The translations under genes were made by a program, and so were the position numbers. From the NCBI GenBank assembly GCA_000934665.2, contig KZ538423.1, forward strand, positions 1 to 64,000: DNA of 64,000 nucleotides. Reading direction: 5' to 3'. The notes below the pieces were generated by a model. That model was given only the letters and a program-made list of their open reading frames with translations, did not search any database and was not told where the DNA came from. The DNA is from Catajapyx aquilonaris. Its lineage: Eukaryota. Positions within the stretch are counted from its first letter, which is position 1, and every line of letters starts with the position of its first letter. Positions 1 through 12,935 of this stretch are shown one piece after another.

Positions 1-214
1 CCCCCCCCAAAAAAAAAACCTCTTCCTTTTTCTCTTCTGCCTCCCTTTCATATGTGATGTATCTCGCGTGGCCCTCCCTATTTATGGCACCCTGGTGGGT
101 GGGGAGGGAGACCCGATTCCAAAATTTCACCTTTTTTTCAGTGAAAATAAAGCTGAGCAATGCCAAGATAGTGGTGGGCATCACCAAAATACATGTGACA
201 ATATATGCAGAAAT

Positions 215-1140
215 AACCATTATGGAAACCATTGTTAAAAACTATTATTAAATAACCGAATAAATAACCATCATCAGTAACTATTATTTAATAACCATCA
301 TCTGTAACTATTATTTAAAAACCAAATAAATAACCATTGTGAAAACCATTATTAATAGTAATTATTAATAACCAAATAAATAATTTTTAATAGCCCAATT
401 AAATGAGCATTAGGAGTAACCAATATATTAAATCATTATTAATAGCCAAATAAATATCCATTGTGAAAACCATTATTAATTATTATCAGATAAATAACTG
501 TCATGAGTAACCAAGTAAGTAACTGTTACTAGTAGCCTCACCAAGTAAGTATCTGTCATGAGTAACCAAGTAAGTAACTGTCATGAGTAACCAAGTAAGT
601 AACTGTCATGAGTAACCAAGTAAATCATTATTAATAGCCAAATAAATAACCATTATGAAAATCATTATTAATGATCAGATAAATAACTGTTATGAATAAC
701 CATGTAAATAATTATAAATAGCCAAATAAATTACAATTATGAAAACCCTCATTAATAATAATAATAATCAGATTCATAACTGTTATTAATAACCAAGTAA
801 ATAACCATTATTAATAACCAAGTAAATAACTATTATTAATAAGCAAGTAAGTAAATAATTTTAATCGCCAAATAAATGAGCATTATGAATAACCAAGTAA
901 ATAACTATTATTTCATGGTTATCTATTTGGCTATTAATAATAGTTATTTACTTGGTTACTCATAATAGTGATTTACTTGTTTATTAATACTGATTATTTA
1001 TTTGGTTGCTAATATTAACAACCCAGTATAAATAACTATTATTAACCACCCAGTATAAATAACTATTATTAACAACCCAGTATAAATAACTATTATGTGT
1101 AACCGAATAAATAACCATCATAACAAAAACATTATTAGAC
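215..1140. repeat. Degenerate AT-rich satellite (~21-25 bp unit, AATAACCAAGTAAATAACTATTATT-like) with an internally inverted segment
   Basis: Many visible copies of taaccaagtaa/aaataaccattatt. Around 910-1015 the units read in reverse orientation. Confidence 0.85.
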
Positions 1141-2219
1141 TATAATCTCAGCATGATGACGTGTCCATTTAGCCGGATTCATAATGAGCCAGCAAGCCAG
1201 GATTTTCTGTCATCACAGCATGTGGATTCAACAGGCACCTTTTCATCTGAATTCAAATGACCCCGCTTGACCCGCAGGGTTTTTAGGGGCGTAACTGAGA
1301 TGGGGTGACAAGCTGTCATTCACAGGTCGAGGGTTGGTGGGGGCGGGGGGCGTGTCTGCCCCGGGGGTCAGTCATAGCCCCCCCGTTTGGCCCCCCCCTC
1401 ACTCCATCCGAAGCCGCGCGCCAGCTGAAAGTGAAAGAAGGGTCGGAGGAAAGGCCGCAGCCCCGCGATTGGACTGTCAGGCCCCCCGACGGTGGACCAG
1501 CCAGGCATTTTTGACAGTCTCTTCAGATATGTTTTTTTTTTGACAATTAAAAAAAAAAAAAAAAAAAAAAAATCCCCACCCTCCCCTCTTCTAGCCCCTT
1601 CCGAAAAAGAGCCTGAGCCTGGCCCCGGGCTTGCTTATTTGCCCTCGGGACATTGCCAATTGCATGTCACTTGCGGGGGGGAGTTCATGACTGCATCTCC
1701 CCCCAGCCCTGCCAGACCTGCCAAGTTGCACTTTTAAGGATAGCTATTAGTTAATGGTGTCTAGCCACGTGGATAGCGAGCTGGGCCCAGGATATTTAAA
1801 TTTAAAGCTAATAGAGCCTACTCTACCGGACATCAAAATTACAGTCTGCACTTGCACTTTAATTAATTTAAAATTAACACAAAAATGAAAGAAGATTGGC
1901 AAATCACGCGAGCGTGATTCGAGTAGACTTTTTCTCACTGGTAGCGGGAAATGAGACGGACAACTTTGTTGAATACGATACGATGCGATACACGACACGA
2001 CACGACACGACACGACGGGATTCTAACTGGAGTATAATGCCATAGAATGTTAGTCTCATTATCCGTTGCCAAGCAACCGAAAATTCATTTACGGTGTACA
2101 GGGTGTCCCACAAGTCTGGAAACATAATAGGTAATTTGATTGCATTGTTGGTTTACAGTTGTGCCAACTCCAAATGCCAACATTTACTGACTGCTAGTTG
2201 GCACAACTGGAAGCCAACA

Positions 2220-2445
2220 ATCCAATCCAATTAGCAATGGTTCCAGACTTGTGGAGCACCCTGTAGAGGTGACTGTAGATAGAGTGAACCCGGAAAACCG
2301 GAAATGGCCGGTCGCCGGGAGTTGACAATGAAACCTAGTTAGGGTCCACTGAATCCGAATCCGAAAACAGTTTATCGCTATCTCATGCAGTTTAGGCCAT
2401 GATACTGTCAACAGACAGACAGACAGACAGAGCCGTTTTGTTGAG
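2220..2445 (-). mobile_element. HINE/DINE-1-like Helentron-type fragment (inverted copy of 4132-4425)
   Basis: agagtgaacccggaaaaccggaa...(gaca)n is the reverse complement of the 4210-4420 block. Confidence 0.6.
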
Positions 2446-2924
2446 AAAGTGTCTAAAATTATAAATTGTAAAAATATTACATTTTTAAAGATATTAATCA
2501 ACTGGACATATAAAGGAGAAGGCATGACCCATACTGATGTAATATTGATGTAACCGGGTGTGCACCAAGTGCCAGGAAGGCCATCGCCAAAAGTAGGATT
2601 CAGTCAAAACATGTGTGTATGCAGGTGCACGTGGCATTTTGTACCAAAAGAGTGCTTCCAACATGTTCCTGTCGCTCATGACAGTTATTCATACAATAAT
2701 CGGGGTATTGGGAAAAATATGCGGTTTGTTCACATCCCCGACGTTTCGCATACAGATGACGGTTTCGACAGAGTATGACACTACGATAGGCTCCAGAAGC
2801 ATTTTATTTTTTGTGTATATGTGTTTTTTTAGGGGAGACATGACAAACATGCTGGAAATGAAAGGGAAGCACCTTCTGGCAACAAATATGCGTAAAAGTT
2901 GTTATTGTAACTCCTTTTTTCGAC

Positions 2925-3060
2925 CGAAGCAGGTTCGAGCCCCGGTTTTCTGTGGTTTTCCACGGTCCTCCCAGGATAATTCCGGGATCGCTTCCGTAGC
3001 AAGATCTCTGTCCGTATAATAGGCCACAGCCGCTTCCTTCCTTCCATATCCTTGGCCCCA
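2925..3060 (+). mobile_element. Truncated tRNA-derived SINE fragment
   Basis: B-box GGTTCGAGCCC followed by ggttttctgtggttttcc...taggccacagccgcttccttcc, a body type I recall from insect SINEs. Confidence 0.5.
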
Positions 3061-3731
3061 TCCACGTGTTAGTTTCAGAAAGAATTTTGAGTGGTAAAAT
3101 GATGGTATTCCCGTATCCACGTATAGAAAATTAAAAAAGAACTAATTTTTTCGAAAAATTTTGCGCACTTTTTTGAAGTCTATGCGAGAATCTGTCGTTG
3201 CGACAGATTCTCGCATGGACTTCAAAAAAGTGCGTGAGCGTGAGCAAGCAGCTTGTTCTCCCACCCTATGGTGACCATACAACGGAAAAATGATGTTTCG
3301 GTATGGTAAGCCGCACTTGGTCCGAAAAATAACGTTGCAAGGGGCATAGTCGTATGACGTAGCAATAGTAGCGGGATCAGCCAGTAGCATAGGGAGGGAG
3401 AGGGTCCGACAAGCGTGAATTCCCTGTGGGGCGCTCTGCATATGAAAACATTGTTTGCGACGGGATGCTGCATAAACCCTTCTCGGCGGGAGGCCTAAAT
3501 GGATCCGTAAAAATCGGATGAGGGCGGGATCAGCGGGATTAGCGCTGTATCGGCGCGGCCGCTTCGAATCACAATGGAGCCTATTGGACACCAACTGCAT
3601 CCTATTTATCCCAGCTTAGTCTATTTAATGGACTGTAGCCCCGTTCCCCTTTCGCATACCGCAACCCAACCTAAATATCTTGCAACCTTCCACTCTCCTG
3701 TTCAATCCGTACGCCATTTTGAAAGCTGGAC

Positions 3732-3934
3732 AGGCTGCCACCTGGCGGGCTTTACCGTATAGGCTGCCACCTGGAGGGCTTCGCCGTAGAGGCTGTCACC
3801 TTCCGGGCTTCGCCGTATAGGCTGTCACCTTCCGGGCTTCGCCGTATAGGCTGTCACCTTCCGGGCTTCACCGTATAGGCTGTCACCTGGCGGGATTGAC
3901 CGTATAGGGTGCCACCTGACGGGCTGGAACGCAC
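3732..3934. repeat. 29-bp tandem minisatellite (7 units)
   Basis: Cores of ggctgYcacctKScgggctt(c/t)(g/a)ccgtata at 3735, 3764, 3793, 3822, 3851, 3880 and 3909. Confidence 0.92.
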
Positions 3935-4131
3935 CTGAAGCAGAATCTCCTGATTGCTTAGAATTCATGGGGGATTCTCCAACATGGTAGCTCAAATTTT
4001 CCTTGTTCTGTTCTGTGCTATGTTAAAGTTAGGTTAGATCAGGTGAGGTCCGCCATTTTGAACGTATAGGTTGCCACCTGGCGGGCTAGAACGCACCTGC
4101 AGCAGGATCTCCTGATTGCAGCTTGGTAGAT

Positions 4132-4425
4132 CTTTTTAGACTTTTTCGCATCGAAAAAAAGTCTTATAGACCGGCTTTGTCCGTCCGTCTGCCCGTCCTT
4201 CTCGCTGTTTGTCTGTCTGTCTGTCTGTCTGTGGACATGTATCAAGGCCTAAACCGCAAGAAATAGCGACAGACACTTTTCAGATTCGGATTAAGAGTGA
4301 CCTAAATAGGTTTCAAGGTCAACTTCCGGTGACCTGCCACTTCCGGTTTTCCGGGTTCACTCTATCCGCACAAGTATACTTGGATCGTTGGAATTCCATA
4401 TTCGTTTCACTGGATTCCTAACCAA
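4132..4425 (+). mobile_element. HINE/DINE-1-like non-autonomous Helentron
   Basis: Starts in a T-run, then a short inverted repeat (agactttt...aaaagtct), then a (GTCY)n microsatellite and a core shared with 2220-2445. It interrupts a longer direct repeat. Confidence 0.55.
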
Positions 4426-6504
4426 GTGGGTTGGGATTTACCCAGGGTTTTACCTGGCGCCCTGGCACAGTGGCTGTGGAATTAATTCTAGAAGTTGGAC
4501 ATGTTTGCGGATGCGCGTCCTCGGTCGCCATGATGTTATCGCTCAGGACGATACTGGAATCGATACGATATCTTGATATTGATATATCGATTCACATGCT
4601 CATACTTGAATCATTTCGAATCACCCTCGAGTGATTTGCCGATCTTGTTTCCTAGTTCTGTTCTATGTTAAAGTAAGGTTAGATCAGGTTACCGCCATTT
4701 TGAACCTACACGCTGCCACCTGGCGGGCTGTAACGCGTAAGGTCTCCTGATTGCTGCCAGATTTCTTGGGCTCTGCTCACCCCCTACACCAGCTTTCTCT
4801 CTGGGTTACCCCCCACCTCTAGCCTCCCCCAGCCTCGCAGCTTAGGCAAAATTATGAAGCCACGGAGGCGCCATCTGGTGCTTGGAGGGCGAGAGCTGCC
4901 CGCGGCAACAGCCTGGGGGGAGCCAGAGAGAAACCCCGACTTCACTGCGGGCCCGCCTTGCTACCACCCTCTTGATTTAACACCCAGAATTCATTCGTAC
5001 CAAATGGGAGGGAGGGAGGGAGGGGTGGTGGGGGAAGGAGGGGGCGGGGTCCACTAAGGAAAGTGGAGCAGAGACACGTGATTCTAGCCTGGGTCAATAG
5101 CTAGTAAGTCTGATTTAATTTTGCACAGATGTTGCCAATTATAGGAAAGAGGTTTTACTTTGTTGGGGCGACATTGCATTGTTGGGATTTCCTATTTCTA
5201 ATAGTTGACGATTACTGTCTGGATGGGGGGAAACGCCAATCATTCATATTACGAATACCTTCGGTGTCATAGTTGGCCCTTTTGTATGCAAAGCGTAATA
5301 ATAAGCAGCTCAGTGCCAATATGCTTTCAACATGAACTGCAATCATATTAGTGGAGAGTGTTGGGAATAATCGTAAGTGACTTGTTCACTTGTAATTCGC
5401 AAAATTTAATGTTTTTCAACGTTATTGTCGCAAATTGCTTGTAACAAGTGGGGCATATGTAAGATTTAATGTTATTTCTGCCACATTGGATTTTGCTTCA
5501 AATAGTGCCTATTACACCAAAATTCTAACAGGTTCATTAATAGTTAAATACTGTGCAGTATAAAATTAAAATAAATTATTCAAATCAACTGAAAGTTCGC
5601 AATTCCACATTTCCTCTTCATATAAGAGACAGAATAAAAACAGCAATAAAAATTCCAAACTTTTACAACTAATACTGCATAACCAGTATCCACCGCAATT
5701 TCGCAACACTGTTGCTCCCCATGTTAACCGCCAAACCAAAAAAACCATCGTTTTTTCCCCCACCCGACTTGACCCCCCCCCCCCCTTCCCAGTAACAACA
5801 CTGCACAGTCCAGCCCTAAAAATGATCACTCCCGACCGATAAAAGTCGACGTTTTTCCCAGTGATAAAATTTCAATCGCAGCAGCAGCCAGGACTGTCCC
5901 TGTGACGTCACCTGCCTAGCCCATTTCCCCAAAAACGAGTGGTGGCTCTGGCATCGCACCGTGCCAATGTGCATTAGGCCCACAGAAGAGTCCCCCGAAT
6001 TAAGCGGATTTCACGCGTTAGCTGTTATCTCCCATTCAATACGCTCTATTAGCATAATCCGAGGGCAGGCCGTGGGGGGTGGAGGGGAGGGAAGGGGGGA
6101 AGGGGGGGGAGGAAGGTTAGCGAGCCAGGCTGGGACTGATAGCGTTCGCCACGCCCCCTAGACAACACTGTCACAAAATTAGGTCTGGGAGCAACCATAT
6201 ACTAGTTAGACTTCACTCTGGGTGTTATGATCGGGTGTCATTGGAATGAAATTACTGGAAAAGACATTAACGTTAGGCATGATCTAAAACCGGTTTCGGA
6301 CTGGTCCAGTCATGAGTTTTTCCAAAATGAAGCTGATGAATTGAGTTAGATATCATCTGATGGCTTGTTTCGCAAAATGCGAGTAATTCCGAGAACATCA
6401 CTGTCGTAAGCAAACTGTTAATGCATTATTTGTAGCAGTTACTACTAAAATGGGAGTAGGAACATATCTATTACTTATAAACAATTATAAATAGCGCGTT
6501 CAAT

Positions 6505-6940
6505 TGCAATTTAACTGACGAGCACATTGTAACAATTTGGACCGTTACAATATCCCCCCCCCTCCACAAAAAAAACCCACAAACAAACAAACAAACAAAC
6601 AAGACACCACTTTTCCAGTTGTTTTGCCACAAAATTGGAATTTCAAACAAGGAATTTTCAAATTTCGCATGCAATTTAATTTAAAATGCACCTTTTAACA
6701 ACTTGGACCGTTACAATACCCCCCTTCCAAAATAAACTACTCAAAGCCCTCCATCACCCAGTTGTTTTGTCACCATATTCCCAGTGGTGCAAAAAGGTAT
6801 TTCAAACAATGATTTTCCAAATGCATGCAATTTAACTAAAAACGCACATTTTAACAAATTGAACCGTTACAATACCCCCACGCCAAAAAAAAACGACTCA
6901 GAGCGCCCCCACTACTTTTCCAGTTGTTTTGTCACCAAAT
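6505..6940. repeat. ~165-bp tandem repeat (about 3 copies)
   Basis: The blocks accgttacaata and ccagttgttttg each occur three times at ~160-170 bp spacing. Confidence 0.8.
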
Positions 6941-7360
6941 CCGTCCCGAATCACTTTATCGCTAAACCCAGTCCAAATCGTTGCAAAGCGTGATTGTGCT
7001 CGTTATTGATTCCTGCACCATACCAGCTTTTCATCCCTGTGAACGCCCCTTCCCCTCCTCCCCCCCCCCCTTCCTCCCCACCCTGCACCCTCTCTCCGCC
7101 ACCCCTCTGCCCCCGTTTAATGGGTCCACAACGCAGCACGGACCAGTGTGGAAATGATTGCAAGGCCTCAATAAATAAACACGACCTTTTGCTTTCGGAT
7201 TGATACTCGCGGGTTTCATGTGCGGGGATCATCGTGATTGGCAGTGAAACAGAGTTGAAATGTGGCTCGAAGCGGGATTTCGCTCCGATATTAAAACCGA
7301 AAAGTTTTATTTACACTAACTAATAGGAAGGTCTTAAGTCCAGTTGTGTACCTGTCTTCA

Positions 7361-7859
7361 ATAAGCTGTGGGACCAGTAGTTGTTTTTACTGTAACTGTG
7401 GGGACTTTCACTCATCTATGGGGACATTTCCCCACTAGCGGGGATGTTTACGGTCCCCACAAGAAAATTGCGGGTTTCCTTTTGCAGTAGTTGGGACAAG
7501 TCCCCACTATTTCCAGTTGCAGGGTTTTAGAAAAGTCCATTTTCTCACCCTAGGTTACGTAGAGTAGGTTAGGTTAGGTTACACTATCGTTGAAAAGTTG
7601 TCTATTTCACGTCCCCACACCTAAGGTTAGGTTAGGTTAGGTTAGGTTAGGTTACACTATCTTTGAAAAGTTTTCTATTTCACGTTCCCACACCTAAGGT
7701 TAGATTAGGTTAGGTTAGGTTAGGTTAGGTTACACTATCTTTGAAAATTTGTCTATTTCACGTTCCCACACCTAAGGTTAGGTTAGGTTAGGTTAGGTTA
7801 GGTTAGGTTAGGTTACACTATCTTTGAAAAGTTGTCTTTTTCACATCCCCACACCTAAT
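7361..7859. mobile_element. Repeat element with four tandem units containing (TTAGG)n
   Basis: Unit cctaagg(ttagg)n-ttacactatctttgaaaagttgtctatttcacgtYcccaca x4 (7550-7855), preceded by several gtggggac/gtccccac motifs. The inverted termini are weak. Confidence 0.7.
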
Positions 7860-9973
7860 AAGCCGCAGGGAACCATGAATATACATGTGTCTAAATAATG
7901 CTGTGTCTCCATTTTCGACAATATGGCAGCAAATTTTGAATCGGTCTAAGGCGGTCTATTGTCCTCTCCAGGGCAGCCTTTCTAGGGTATATTGGATATG
8001 CGAGACCAGTCCTAACTTGAGCTTGGGTGAAACTTGAGGGGGGGTGGGTAGGTGGAGGGAATGGAAGCTGAGCTTGACCCGCGTGAAATTAGTGTAGTCT
8101 GGAGGATCCGGAGCGGCAACCACATTCCGTAAAGTCATTTGAATGGGGGACCCTGCAAGGGGAGGAGGAGGACAAGAGTGATGACCCTTGCATGCCAATG
8201 CTGATGCTGCCCCAACACTATTGATTGAAATCTCATTGCTCTTAGGGGGATGCTAGCTCCTTCATCTAGAGGCATGCAGGCGGCACTTGTGAAGTGGCCC
8301 TCGGTGTTGCCCAGGCGTTTCCAGTTGCCAAACTCAACATGATTCGTGGGGGGACCTCCTTTTAGGTCCCCATGGAGGAAAGGGAAGGACTTGAGGAGGA
8401 TCGAGAGGTGCCCTACCTTCCCCAAAGGACTGTGCTTGCTCTCTGATCTAATCGGGATGAGGATGTGTAAGGGGCTTGAGCTTTACTGGCTGCACAAGTG
8501 CTAGCTTACCAGTTGAGATCCGGATCGGATTCCGACACGTGCTGGACCAGGGACAAAATCAACTTTCGTCAACTTGCACCGGACACTCTAAAAGGGAGTT
8601 TAACCAGCTTAGTTTTGTCGCTAGATTGAATGAGGACACTGCCATCTACTGATGGAGACATCAAGTCGCGAGGACATCTAGCGCCGACTATCAGACGCAA
8701 AAGTCATGTTTCAGTTTATATTATAAAGTAGTCAAATCAAGAGTAGGGATTTTCCGAAAGAAACCTGGTTTTATCAGATACCGAGCTCGGTGAAACCAGC
8801 TAAGAGTTAAAATGAGCTGTACAAGCTGCCATCTAGCGATAGCGTCATTTAAGTGCAAATTTGTAGCAGTTGTTTAAATTGTGGTTATTTAAAAAAATTA
8901 ATTCATAATATGTATGCTTGACCTCTGCCATTTTCAGTCTCTCCAAAAACTGCAGTTCATTTGGTAAAAAAAGAATCCACAAGACATTTTCTTCCCGTCT
9001 CTCATTTAGCGGACTAAAAATTCCCGACGGCAAACCCTATCAACTCGTTTTCCTCTCCCAAAAACCTTCTTTGTTCTTTCATTTCCTGGGATCATTTTTA
9101 AGTTAACACCGTCTCCCAGGCCATAACATAAAAAGACCTGCCAACCGCCCTCATAAATAAAATTGGGAAACTACTGTATCTCCCTCCAAACGCAAAAGGG
9201 TCTGAGACGAAAATTTCTTTTCATTTTCTTTTCTTTTGGCCGCCCTAGCCCCCCCCCCCCTCCCTCACCATCAACCTCCACCNNNNNNNNNNNNNNNNNN
9301 NNNNNNNNNNNNNACCCTTCAAAAAAAAAACCGATTTTTACCACCCCCCAGTTTTGATCGCAGTCACGTAAAAAGGAAACTTGCCTGCCAGATACGAATG
9401 CGAGCCCATTTCTGGCTACAGGAAATTCTTCGACATACGCCTAGACGGTGACAACTACAGATATGCCAAATTTTTTTGAAAATATAGTTATTCTTTTCAT
9501 CATCTAAATTCCGGTTGCTGGAGTGGAGCGTCGCCACTTGCCAAGCCCTGCATTACAACCCCCTTTCTGCCATTTGCCCACCCACCCACCCACCGGGTTC
9601 TCCCCCCTTCCCCCGCCATACTCCCACAAAGCCATGCCCACTGGACCACTGGGCAGCCGAGGGACGTCGGGACGCCACCGACGCCAAGCGTCTCTGGGGA
9701 ACCATGCATGCCTCCCCCTCTCTCTACGAATGAAGTCATCGCTGCATTTGCTTACTCAACCATGTGTAGCTCATATCACAGCTTGTGATTTTTTGGAGGG
9801 GACAACGGAAACGAAACGTGTAACCCCTAGACAAACGCGGCCACCCACATGGGTAGCCGCGTTTGTCTCAGGGGCACCCCGCTTTACTAGATGCATGAAT
9901 TTTGGGACAAATATTCAAAGCGTGTTCGTTGGGTTGCATCATGCCAGGATAAAACAATTATTGCAGGTATGTG

Positions 9974-10295
9974 GTGCAGGTGAGGAGGCTTGCTGAGTGA
10001 GGACTGTTCGATCCCCGCCTGGGAGTTCCCTTTCACATGCGTCGGGAGGGTCTCTGCCCTGCACCTTGGAGGTGGCTGGCAACCTAACATCCCGGGGGAC
10101 TGCATATAGCCCAAACTTGAGACATTCCACCTGCACCCGTGTCCCCTCCCCGAAAATTCATATCCTTATACCTAATGTCCATTGTTCATTGCACCGGAGA
10201 TTTAAGTTAAACAAATCAGAAAATTGATGGTGGTGTGCCAGCCCCCCAAAAAGGCCCTTGGAGGCCTATCACTGGGTAAAAACTTTATTTAAAAA
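9974..10295 (+). mobile_element. tRNA-derived SINE type 1, 5'-degraded copy
   Basis: B-box GTTCGATCCCC and a body matching 30766-31120. Flanked by a ~14-bp direct repeat attgcaggYatgtg. Confidence 0.85.
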
Positions 10296-10327
10296 ATTGC
10301 AGGCATGTGAATAAATATATGCAATTT

Positions 10328-10613
10328 GGGATCCGGACTTCTGGCCCCCGCCGTTTCGCCCCCGGTCTTCTGGCCCCCGGCATACTGGCCCCCGTGACCA
10401 TTTCGCGCCCGGCGTATTCGCCCCCGTGACATATTCCACTTTGAAGAAATCTACTGGGCATTTCTAGAAAAGTGACATGGCCGTGTGTGTAGCATGGCAA
10501 CGGCGGGGGTGGGCGCTGATTGGCTCGCTGAATGTTGAAGTGGTCGCGGAGGCCAGTATGCCGGGGGCCAGAAAACCGGGGGCGAAACGGCGGGGGCCAG
10601 ATATCCGAGACCC
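10328..10613. mobile_element. Foldback MITE (MULE-like)
   Basis: ~70-bp imperfect TIRs built from tggccccc/ttcgcccc subrepeats. Flanks atgcaattt/atgcaatta give a 7-9 bp TSD. A related end fragment lies at ~47965-48002. Confidence 0.75.
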
Positions 10614-12039
10614 ATGCAATTACTCGCATAAAATATTTTTTCATGCTGATGCAGTACTATAAGGGCGTTTGGTATGACTGTAGCAGTCCCCAACATTATT
10701 ACATGAACAAAGGGGGCTGGTGTGGCAAGTATCAGCTTCCAACAATTCCCCTCCCCCCTCTTTCTCCCCCTTTTCTCCTTCCCCCTCTCTCTGGGATCAA
10801 TCTCATAACAATTCAAATGCGTTCGGGAAATCTGCCCGTAATGGCCAGCCATAAGGATAAGTCGGCAGTAAGCGCATACAAAGTGCCACAGTATTATTTT
10901 TTGCTGCTGGGAAATATTAGCATGGAGCGATGAGTCGAAGCAAAAGGAGGTGGGGAGAGGCGGAGGAGGGAGTTGGCAAAAGCAGTGGTCCGGAAGGGGG
11001 AAGCTGACGCCAGATGACGACTTTCGATCTTTTCGGGGGTGTTCAGATGACTGGGCGAGGTGGGGGGGTTGAAGAAGGGGTGGCGAAAGGCAGGGTGCCG
11101 TTTTAGGCATATACTCACACTACGCTGCTCGTTTTGGCTGGAGATGGTCGCACTTGCACTGTAGAAGGTTATCGCCTCCACTGATTTTCATCGTTGTCAT
11201 AGTGCGACGTAACCCAAGTTTAACTAATTTACATATCAAAAATGGATTCGTTTGCTCAAAAAATGGTTAAAATGTAGAGGTGAGAAATTTTGTGACACCA
11301 ACCGGTAATCAGTTAGACGACCGTAAACATTTGGGTGCGCATATGGCGCACGCTGTAACCCTCACGCATGCGCACTGTGGGTTGCGCGGCTTTTAGCGTT
11401 ACTACAACTTGAAATTTAAGGATTATGACCGATCAGTTAGTAATCGCAGTTTAACTAATATATTGACGCTACGATAGGGTTTAAAAATCCTGTAGTTCTC
11501 CCGTCCACTTCATTTTTATTCCGGTACTCAGAGGAGTCCGCAAAATACTGTTCAAATCACCCGAATAAAGCTTGTGCCATTACTGGTCCACCGATACCAA
11601 TACTAGTTGACGGGTAGGTAGACCGTTGATATCCCCACGCGGACCAATCACTGGAGACCGAATTATGGCTCAATTATTGCCCATTGTTGGGAACCTATTG
11701 GCCAACCGATTGACCAGAATTGCATGTGAAAATTGACAAGCGATGAATAATGCTTCTTGGCAAGGCTTGCAACAATCGGAGGGGGCTTTCCGATATTTAA
11801 AATGTTGGGTTAGTTTTCGCTTAAAATAAATCGTTTGAGGTTCTCTTCCCTTGAACGAAAACGATACGTGAAACCTGAACCAGCAATAGACCGACTGTTT
11901 GAAGGAATATTTATTTATTTAATGAAATAGTTTTGTTAGGAGCAAAGAGTATGCGAAAGTCATCCCCTGGTGGTGGTCCGGTAAAGTTGCGACAGCCCGT
12001 AGGTTGGAAATAAGTAGGAATGTACAACAAAGGCATGTG

Positions 12040-12935
12040 TAAAGTTCAATACACAATTATTATTTTATTAAATCAGTGATTCTTTTAGATTTATGTACAG
12101 TAACTACACAGTGAGTGGTAATTAGGACAGAAGATAAAGTAGGTTTGAACAGTTTTGTGTTGATTAATTTGTTTGACTTGGCCACTGCAAAGAGGTAGGA
12201 ATAGTCAAGTGTAGCACCTGTGAATGTAAAATGTATCGCCGCTACCGTGTGTATGTGTGTTAAGTTTCATCCTGTAATATACAGTACCTTTCATCATTAT
12301 CCATACATACTTTAGAGCCTATACACATTACTAAGACTCCCAGCAGTGATATGCTGTGAACTGTAATGTACATTGTGATATTTTTATTAGAAATTTTAAT
12401 TGCAGTTATTATTTTACAGGATAATTGCTGCTAATGGCCAATAAATTTCACTTAATTTGAAAAGGAACTTAATGTCACTGATTGATTCATAATTTAGGAA
12501 ACTTGTACAGTTTGGCATCTTTGTCGTTACCGGTACTGTATTCCAACATGTTTATACCGCAATTAAAAAAAAATTTGGAACCAACTTATTAACAACGACT
12601 TAATGAAATTAGCAGCGACATTTTATAACCAAGAACAATATCACATAGTGGTGTATCCGCAACAACCACATTAAAAGTCAAAAAAAATCAAGAAATTTAA
12701 ACCCGAATTAAAGATGGCCTGTCAAAACACTACGATTCCATTTCTAATGATAAAAACCACCACTTTTTTCAAGATAATACCACCATCGTAGAGTCCATGA
12801 GAGAAGAAGCAATGTGTGGATACAACCATCTTTACATCGCGTTAACACTTGAAACAATAATTTGTATGAACTTGCGATGTACAATACACACCGAGAACAA
12901 CTCGCAATCGTTGCAGCCCCACATCATTTTGGCAC
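12040..12935 (-). other. Probable Runx 3' UTR with candidate poly(A) signals
   Basis: AT-rich and repeat-free. Minus-strand AATAAA at 12383-12388 and 12064-12069 (also 11914-11919), Pumilio-type TGTACATA at 12092-12099, K-box-like TGTGATA at 12639-12645. The end is not determined. Confidence 0.5.

Noticed and set aside
3732..3934. CRISPR-like periodicity (also 7550-7855, 33170-33960, 54700-55010)
   Set aside because: No unique spacers, no cas genes, and a eukaryotic context.
7550..7855. True telomere or chromosome end
   Set aside because: The TTAGG tracts are short, interrupted by a fixed spacer and flanked by ordinary sequence on both sides.
7956..8425. GC-rich ORFs downstream of Runx (also 10451-11110, 15736-16231, 27435-27719, 59713-60376)
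   Set aside because: No recognisable domain or coherent exon chain.
9283..9313. N run (also 34286-34292 and single Ns)
   Set aside because: Assembly gaps or ambiguities, mostly beside homopolymer G/C runs, so nearby run lengths are unreliable.
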